The position numbers and the translations under genes were made by a program. The notes beneath the pieces were generated by a model. It saw only the letters and a list, made by a program, of their open reading frames with translations. It was not told the origin of the DNA and ran no database searches. Shown here piece after piece: positions 37,642 through 43,348 of a stretch of DNA of 43,348 bases. The DNA is from Myxococcota bacterium (lineage in GTDB: Bacteria > Myxococcota_C > UBA6777), in assembly GCA_023150835.1 (NCBI GenBank), contig JAKLKB010000048.1, positions 1 to 43,348 of the forward strand, in the 5' to 3' direction. Each line of letters starts with the position of its first letter. Positions within the stretch are counted from its first letter, which is position 1.

Positions 37642-38418
37642 TCAAGAAACACTCTCTACACGCGCCAGAACGACTGTGATGTTGTCGTTCCCGCCATTTT
37701 TATTCGCAGTTTCGATCAATATCTTCGCGGCTTCGGATAGATCGGCTTCATGTTCGACGACGATCTTGCACATCTCCTGATCTTCGACCAAGCCCGATAA
37801 ACCATCCGAACACAACAGATAGATATCCCCTTTTTGAAGCTCTTCTCGGCAGATATCGACTTGCACGATCTCTTTCATCCCCAACGCCCGAACGATCACG
37901 TTTTTGTGTGGAAAATTGTCGATCTCTGATTGGGTCAACTTTTTGATCTTCATGTAGTCGTTCAACAGCGAGTGATCTTCTGTGATCTGTTTCAGCTTTT
38001 TGTCTCGGATGCGGTACACACGACTGTCTCCGACGTGGCCGATGTATGCGTAGCGATCCGTACAAAAGAGCGAAACCACCGTTGTCCCCATCCCCTTGAG
38101 TCGCAGATCGGCTTGAGCGCGCCGAAAGATCTGCTTGTTGGCGAGTTTCACCCCGTTGCTCAAGCGATTTTCTTCGTAAGAAAGCGTCTTGTCCATTTTG
38201 TACGGCCAAGTCTTGTCTTGATCTTCTCGCGTCTCTTTGAAAAACTGTGTCAACGTCTCAACCGCCATCCCGCTGGCGACCTCACCCGAGGCATGGCCCC
38301 CCATACCGTCCGCAACGATGTAAAGCCTATTTTCATGATCCAACAACAAAGCGTCTTCGTTGTGTCCACGTTTCCGCCCCACGTCGGTGCGGCCTATGAC
38401 TTCAAGTTTCAAGGGCAT
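37642..38418 (-). CDS. PP2C-family Ser/Thr phosphatase (Stp1/Pph1-like)
   Basis: TDVGRKRGHNED, VADGMGGH, MGTT, HVGDSRVY, LLCSDGL, GGNDNIT. GGGAG RBS before ATG 38418. Confidence 0.95.
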   Translation of the reverse strand: MPLKLEVIGRTDVGRKRGHNEDALLLDHENRLYIVADGMGGHASGEVASGMAVETLTQFFKETREDQDKTWPYKMDKTLSYEENRLSNGVKLANKQIFRRAQADLRLKGMGTTVVSLFCTDRYAYIGHVGDSRVYRIRDKKLKQITEDHSLLNDYMKIKKLTQSEIDNFPHKNVIVRALGMKEIVQVDICREELQKGDIYLLCSDGLSGLVEDQEMCKIVVEHEADLSEAAKILIETANKNGGNDNITVVLARVESVS

Positions 38419-38466
38419 ACAACACTCCCTTCGCAAAGAAGACCTCTCAGATCGTTCAAATGACCC

Positions 38467-38494
38467 ATTATACCCTTGCTCTCCACAAACTCAA
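38467..38494 (-). promoter_or_regulatory. Sigma70-like promoter for the PP2C gene
   Basis: Minus strand TTGAGT-N16-TATAAT. Confidence 0.5.
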
Positions 38495-38650
38495 GCCTAT
38501 CGTCGTGTGTGGCCTGTTCTACAAGGGGTTTGATGACGCGGCTTCTTCACCAAGACAACACCCTTGATACGATCGCTTGCAGCGAAACCTGCTTTTTGTG
38601 TATCCTGAGGGCGTTCTTCGTACAAGCCAAAAAAACAGGGATAGCGAAAG

Positions 38651-41236
38651 ATGGCATTACAGTTCGACTTTGCGCCTGATGGTGGCGTACAATTCAGTGG
38701 AAATTTTCAGGATCTTTCTTTTGGAAAGCTTCTGCTTTGGATCGCTCGGGAAACGTACTCTGGCGAACTCAGCTTGACTTCTCCCGAAACGAAGCCGCAA
38801 TGGCTTTTTTTCAAAGACGGCCAGCCTGTCGGTGTGCGTGGCGGTCCCGGGGAGCATTATCTCGGCTGGTTGCTTGTTGAATCTGGAAAGATCGACGAAG
38901 CCACCTGCATGGCTTCCTTACAAGAGATGGCGCAACAAAAGAAACTCCAAGGACAGGTGTTGAAGGCGATGGGCGTTCTTCATGATGCCGATCTGCAACA
39001 AGCCCTACAGTTACAACTTCAACGCAAGCTCATCCGCATCTTTACGTTGCGCCAAGCACGCTTTGTCTTTCGCAGCCAATCTCGCGTCTCCGTCCAAGAC
39101 GTCCCGCCCGGCAGGCTCAATCTTTACTCACTTATCGGGCATGGATTACGACAGCTAAATGATACACAAGCCTTGCGAGAAGTCTTGCGCGAGGCGGAAC
39201 CACAAGCCTTTCGCCTCAAAGAAGAAGCGCAATTCCCGACACCCCTCGAAGAGATGCCGCTCGACGAAGATCAGATCAATGCGATCGCCCTGCTTTACGA
39301 TTGGACGGATATCACACATTTTCTTCAAACGGGCTACCTCGAGTCTCTTCCTGCCTTGGTTTTGCTCTCCATTTTTTATGTTTGTGGCTTCTTCGAAGTC
39401 GGTGCAAAAGAGCTGATCCGCGCAAAAAGTCTGTCTTTTGATGATCTCGCTTCTCCCGATTTTTCGGCCCATCCGATGTTTGCAGAGCCTCCTCTCTCGT
39501 CCAATCCGAGCTACACCCCCGCCTCAAGCTACACCCCCGCTTCTTCACCCCATACCATAGCACAGCCACCTGTCGCCAAACCTTCCGTCCCAAGGCCGAG
39601 TACTTATCAACATGCCTCGACCTTGCGGCCCCCCAATGTTCCAAGCACCTCGACAACACGCCCTACCCAGATAAGCAACGAAAATTCGGCAAGTACTCCT
39701 CCCGCTCGACCTTCTCCTCTGGCTGCAACTCCCACCACTCGGCCTGCTGCGCCGAAAACAACCTACAGCACCCCCGCTGCTTCGCCTTCCACAAGCAAAC
39801 CCGCAGCGCAACGTCCCCCCCATGTTCCGCTCGAACCTTCTCTCTCTCCCATTCCATCGGTCTCTGCGCCTGTTTCGACAACCACACGCCCCGTTGCTTC
39901 GACAAACCTTCCGCCTCGCCCTGCTGCCCCCGCCGCTTCGGTTCGTCCTTCTGCTCCGCTCGGATCGACATCTTCCCCGCCAATCCAGCCTGCTGCGACA
40001 GTCGTCTCGCCTGCATCCCCACCTGCTCCGCCCACCCGACCCGCTGTTTCCTCCCCTGTATCAGCTACTACGGCTTCGCCTTATCGGCCCGCTGCAACGG
40101 TTGTTTCGTCCTCAAACCCACCTGCGCCACCCGCTCGACCTGCTGCTCCGTCTTCTGTCTCAGCGATGGCTCCGTCCGCTGCTTCGCCTGCACCCGCTGC
40201 TCCGCCTGCGCCCGCTGTTCCGCCTTCTGTTCCGCCTGCACCCGCTGCTCCGCCTTCTGTATCCCCAAAAAACACGCCGACCACAGAGCCATCGCAGCGA
40301 AGCGCAACAGTCAATGCTCCAAAAACACCCGATAACTCGGCTTCTAAACCCACTTCGGAGGCTCGTAACGATCAACAAACCACAAAGATCCGCCCAAGCA
40401 AAGCCAGCGAGATCGATGTGTTTATTGATGAATCCCAACTCACACCCGAAGATCTCGAACTCAAGCACATCATCGAAGCCAAACTGCAACAAGCCGCCGA
40501 AGGAGCCAACTTTTACGAACTTCTTGATGTCAGTCGTACCGCTGACACCAAGGATATCCGTGCTTCTTATCGCAAACTTAGTCGTACTTTTCACCCTGAC
40601 CGCGTTGCAGGAAGTCCTCTGGAGCCTTTGCGCAAAAAATTAGACAGCTTTTTTGCTCAACTCAACGAGGCCCACCAGATCCTCACACGAAAAACCACAC
40701 GAGACGACTACGACCGCAACCTCAAAACCCCCAGAAAACAAGCACAGCACGTCGAAAATAGCGTAAAAGCCGAAGAGATGTATCGCATGGCGACGGTTCA
40801 GATCCGACGAAAGGACTTCAAAGGAGCGCTTGAAAATCTCAAGTGGGTTTGTCAGATATCTCCTGATACTGGGGATTATGAAGCAGACACGTTGTGGTGC
40901 GAGTACCATCTATCCCCCCAAAAAGCCAACGTTTGGAAAGAAACCATCCAAAAGATCGAAAAGACCCTTGAACACGAGGCCGAACCTGATCGCGTACACT
41001 TTTATGTGGGCGAGATCTACCGAGAACAAAAACAAAACAAAGAAGCGATGGAGGCTTTTGAAAAATATCTCGCTACAGCGCCTTACTCTCAAAAGTCTGA
41101 TGAAGTCCGTCAACAATTGCGGATCCTCCAACACGAGATCAAAAAACAACACGACGCGGCCATCGCAGAACGCCAAAAAGCCAAAGAAGCCAAAGAAGCC
41201 GCCAAGAAAGGCGGATGGGGATTTGGGCGAAAGTGA
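38651..41236 (+). CDS. DUF4388-like + Pro/Ser/Thr-rich linker + J-domain + TPR protein
   Basis: N-terminal SGNFQDLSFGKLL..SGELSL..LFFKDGQP; J-domain NFYELLDV..IRASYRKLSRTFHPDRV; C-terminal TPRs. Confidence 0.85.
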   Translation: MALQFDFAPDGGVQFSGNFQDLSFGKLLLWIARETYSGELSLTSPETKPQWLFFKDGQPVGVRGGPGEHYLGWLLVESGKIDEATCMASLQEMAQQKKLQGQVLKAMGVLHDADLQQALQLQLQRKLIRIFTLRQARFVFRSQSRVSVQDVPPGRLNLYSLIGHGLRQLNDTQALREVLREAEPQAFRLKEEAQFPTPLEEMPLDEDQINAIALLYDWTDITHFLQTGYLESLPALVLLSIFYVCGFFEVGAKELIRAKSLSFDDLASPDFSAHPMFAEPPLSSNPSYTPASSYTPASSPHTIAQPPVAKPSVPRPSTYQHASTLRPPNVPSTSTTRPTQISNENSASTPPARPSPLAATPTTRPAAPKTTYSTPAASPSTSKPAAQRPPHVPLEPSLSPIPSVSAPVSTTTRPVASTNLPPRPAAPAASVRPSAPLGSTSSPPIQPAATVVSPASPPAPPTRPAVSSPVSATTASPYRPAATVVSSSNPPAPPARPAAPSSVSAMAPSAASPAPAAPPAPAVPPSVPPAPAAPPSVSPKNTPTTEPSQRSATVNAPKTPDNSASKPTSEARNDQQTTKIRPSKASEIDVFIDESQLTPEDLELKHIIEAKLQQAAEGANFYELLDVSRTADTKDIRASYRKLSRTFHPDRVAGSPLEPLRKKLDSFFAQLNEAHQILTRKTTRDDYDRNLKTPRKQAQHVENSVKAEEMYRMATVQIRRKDFKGALENLKWVCQISPDTGDYEADTLWCEYHLSPQKANVWKETIQKIEKTLEHEAEPDRVHFYVGEIYREQKQNKEAMEAFEKYLATAPYSQKSDEVRQQLRILQHEIKKQHDAAIAERQKAKEAKEAAKKGGWGFGRK

Positions 41237-41298
41237 GGCGCTTTTGTCCGCTGTGGTCGTGTTGTTTGTCGGGAGGGGTGTCTGTGATCGTGAGCTTC

Positions 41299-41410
41299 TA
41301 CGATATCCGAGCGATCTGTGATCGAAGGCAAGCGCGAAGACGCCCTGTGCTTGGGCAGCCACAGGGGCTGCCTCTACATTTTTACGATCACACAACGGGC
41401 GGATTTTGTC
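41299..41410 (-). mobile_element. MITE-like element family A, copy 3 (more diverged)
   Basis: TACGATATCCGAG...GGGCAGCCACAGGGGCTGCCTCTAC..TTTTACGATCACACAACGGGCGGATTTTGTC. Confidence 0.8.
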
Positions 41411-41985
41411 TGACTTGATCTTGGACCTGCTTGGCGAGGGTCGTTTTTTGGTGTGCGAGGGGCATCCGCAATCTTCGCAAGATTCATCGCGTTGACGGTG
41501 ATATGCGCCGCCGCAGGCAGCCACAAACCCGGATGCCACCAAACTATCCCGCCTACCAACAGCCCAAACCCCATCGCAAACAACGTCCACAGCGCATAAT
41601 GCCGTTCTGGACCTGTATGGACCAGACCGAACAACAGCGCTGTCCACACAACACCCAACAACGGCTGCAACGTGGCCCGAAACAGAGCCTCTTCAGCGAT
41701 ACCGCTTAAAAACGCCAACATCAGCACTTCATGACGCCGAAGCCCCCCCAGTACCCGTACAAAACTCTCCATCATCTGCCTTCCCCACGCCAGACGTTCC
41801 ATCCCAAAACGACTGATCACCACAACGACCAGCCCCACGCCCACGCCCATCAAGATATCGAGCACTATCCCCCCCACGCTGCGCGCAGGAAACCAGTAGC
41901 CCAGATCTCCCCCATTCCAAAAAAAAACGATCCCATAAGCCAATCCGAGCATCCCTGCGTAAAACCACAGAGCCATTCTTACCAT
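41374..41985 (-). CDS. CPBP (Abi / CAAX protease-like) intramembrane metalloprotease
   Basis: AEEALFR, LFGLVH and AAHITVN motifs; multi-TM. Confidence 0.9.
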   Translation of the reverse strand: MVRMALWFYAGMLGLAYGIVFFWNGGDLGYWFPARSVGGIVLDILMGVGVGLVVVVISRFGMERLAWGRQMMESFVRVLGGLRRHEVLMLAFLSGIAEEALFRATLQPLLGVVWTALLFGLVHTGPERHYALWTLFAMGFGLLVGGIVWWHPGLWLPAAAHITVNAMNLAKIADAPRTPKNDPRQAGPRSSQTKSARCVIVKM

Positions 41986-42026
41986 CGTGAAACACTCCCT
42001 TGGTGAGAGAGAATTATGCAGAACGC

Positions 42027-42055
42027 TTGACGTTTGCGGTATCTCGGCGTACTCT
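42027..42055 (+). promoter_or_regulatory. Sigma70-like promoter candidate for the terminal kinase-like gene
   Basis: TTGACG-N17-TACTCT. Confidence 0.5.
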
Positions 42056-42144
42056 AGACCATTCTTTTAGGGCTTTTCAAGGAGCCTCGCATCCCCTCAT
42101 CCCCGCGACGGTTTTCTTGTGTTTACCAGATAAGGAGTCCAAGG

Positions 42145-43348
42145 GTGCTTTGCCATCGCTGCGGAAGCCACGTCCCCGACAATGCCAAAACTTGCAACAA
42201 CTGCGGGGCAACCCTTCAACACACACGCGCCACCAGCCCCGGAACCCTCGTGCTGCGGCGCAAAAAACGCCAACAAACACGCGCTGATCTCCCTTATCGT
42301 GTGGGGTCCACCATCGCGGATCGCTACGAAGTCGAAGAGATCCTCGGTTCTGGAGCGCTGGGCGCTGTCTTCAAAGTCTACGACCGCGACCTTGATCTCG
42401 ACGTCGCTCTCAAGATCATCCTCCCCCAGTACCTCAGCGGACCCGAATCTCTCCTTGAATTGCGGAAAAATATTCGCCGTGTCCGAAAGCTTAACCACCC
42501 CAATATCGTCCGCATCCACGACGAAGGTGTTGACGGAGATATCTTCTTTTTTACGATGCAACATCTCGAAGGGCTGACCCTTCGTAAGATTATCGACCTA
42601 CGCAAAGACAAACAACAAGTCTTCCAACTCGAAGAGATCGTCCCGATCCTCTCTCAAATCGGCCAAGCACTCGAATACGCACACGCTTCGATCTTTCATG
42701 GTTACCTCAAGCCCCACAACGTGATCGTTCTCCCTGATCTACTCAAAGTGACTGACTTTGGACTCGCGATCTCCCTCCCGTTCTCTAGTCTCCAAGACGC
42801 CCATCAAGCACAGCCCGACGGTATCCTTTACCTCGCGCCTGAGATGCACGATGGGCAATCTGGCGACAGTCGTTCGGATATCTTCTCTCTCGGCGTTCTG
42901 CTTGCGGAGATGCTGACGGGCCAGATCCTCGAACGCCAGATCGAGTCCCTCCGTCTCTACAACCCCGATTGCCATCATCTGCTTGATGCCGTCTATCACA
43001 AAGCCACCGAAACCAACCCCACCAAGCGCTATCAACACGTCGCCGACTTGATCGCTGACCTCAGCAGCATCCTTGAATTCGGTGAACTCGCCGAGTCCGA
43101 AGAAGTTCCCACCGTGATCTCACAAGCAGAACATCTTCCCTACCAACTCTCTGATGAACCCGATCCCGGTCTTTCTTTCCAAGAGATGACTCTCGACGAA
43201 GACAAAGTCGTTGATCGCGCCTTTGCTGAGCCTCCTGCTCTTTCTTCCCCCAAAGTCTCCGATCCCCCCTCATCTCCCGATATTCCTAAGTCTTCCGAAC
43301 CCTCCAAGGCATCCAAATCAACTCATCCCCCCTCGTCCAACAAAGCGC
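42145..43348 (+). CDS. Zinc-ribbon Ser/Thr kinase-like protein, 3'-truncated by the window end (absent from the ORF track); catalytic Asp replaced
   Basis: Hand translation from GTG 42145 (TAAGGAG RBS): MLCHRCGSHVPDNAKTCNNCG..LGSGALGAVF..VALK..LNHPNIV..FHGYLKPHN..VTDFG..YLAPE..SDIFSLG. No stop seen before the window end. Confidence 0.88.
   Translation, partial: MLCHRCGSHVPDNAKTCNNCGATLQHTRATSPGTLVLRRKKRQQTRADLPYRVGSTIADRYEVEEILGSGALGAVFKVYDRDLDLDVALKIILPQYLSGPESLLELRKNIRRVRKLNHPNIVRIHDEGVDGDIFFFTMQHLEGLTLRKIIDLRKDKQQVFQLEEIVPILSQIGQALEYAHASIFHGYLKPHNVIVLPDLLKVTDFGLAISLPFSSLQDAHQAQPDGILYLAPEMHDGQSGDSRSDIFSLGVLLAEMLTGQILERQIESLRLYNPDCHHLLDAVYHKATETNPTKRYQHVADLIADLSSILEFGELAESEEVPTVISQAEHLPYQLSDEPDPGLSFQEMTLDEDKVVDRAFAEPPALSSPKVSDPPSSPDIPKSSEPSKASKSTHPPSSNKA

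Noticed and set aside
39480..40320. Pro/Ala/Ser-rich quasi-repeats in the J-domain protein as a distinct repeat system
   Set aside because: Ordinary low-complexity linker with only short duplications (SYTPAS x2, PAAPP).
1..43348. Prophage, integrative element, defence island, tRNA or rRNA
   Set aside because: No integrase, transposase, phage, nuclease or structural RNA signatures recognised in the window.

Overview
Gene-dense bacterial chromosomal window with a Myxococcota-like gene repertoire. It encodes a giant TPR protein, a TPR lipoprotein, a tandem-FHA protein, two intact Ser/Thr kinases, two probable pseudokinases (one cut off at the window end), a PP2C phosphatase, an MXAN_5187-like protein, a DUF4388-like/J-domain/TPR protein and two Cys-rich exported proteins. 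Housekeeping genes are interspersed: yhhQ-like queuosine-precursor transporter, rsmE, ktr/trk K+ uptake pair, ccmE, ccmF, proC, a nucleotidyltransferase, a CPBP protease and a locally orphan FliA/WhiG sigma factor. I found no rRNA, tRNA, CRISPR array, transposase or phage gene. The most unusual signals are non-coding. (1) Two multi-copy families of small dispersed elements (3 and 4 copies, plus a possible third at the left edge) carry internal palindromes, in several copies between inverted termini; two copies appear to supply a stop codon or a start codon to neighbouring genes. (2) A pair of TetR-type operators links a TetR gene to a class II cytochrome c gene. (3) Short local duplications sit at several gene junctions. 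(4) GATC is over-represented. (5) G/C strand skew changes in kilobase-scale patches independent of gene orientation. All family assignments come from motif recognition by eye, not from database searches.
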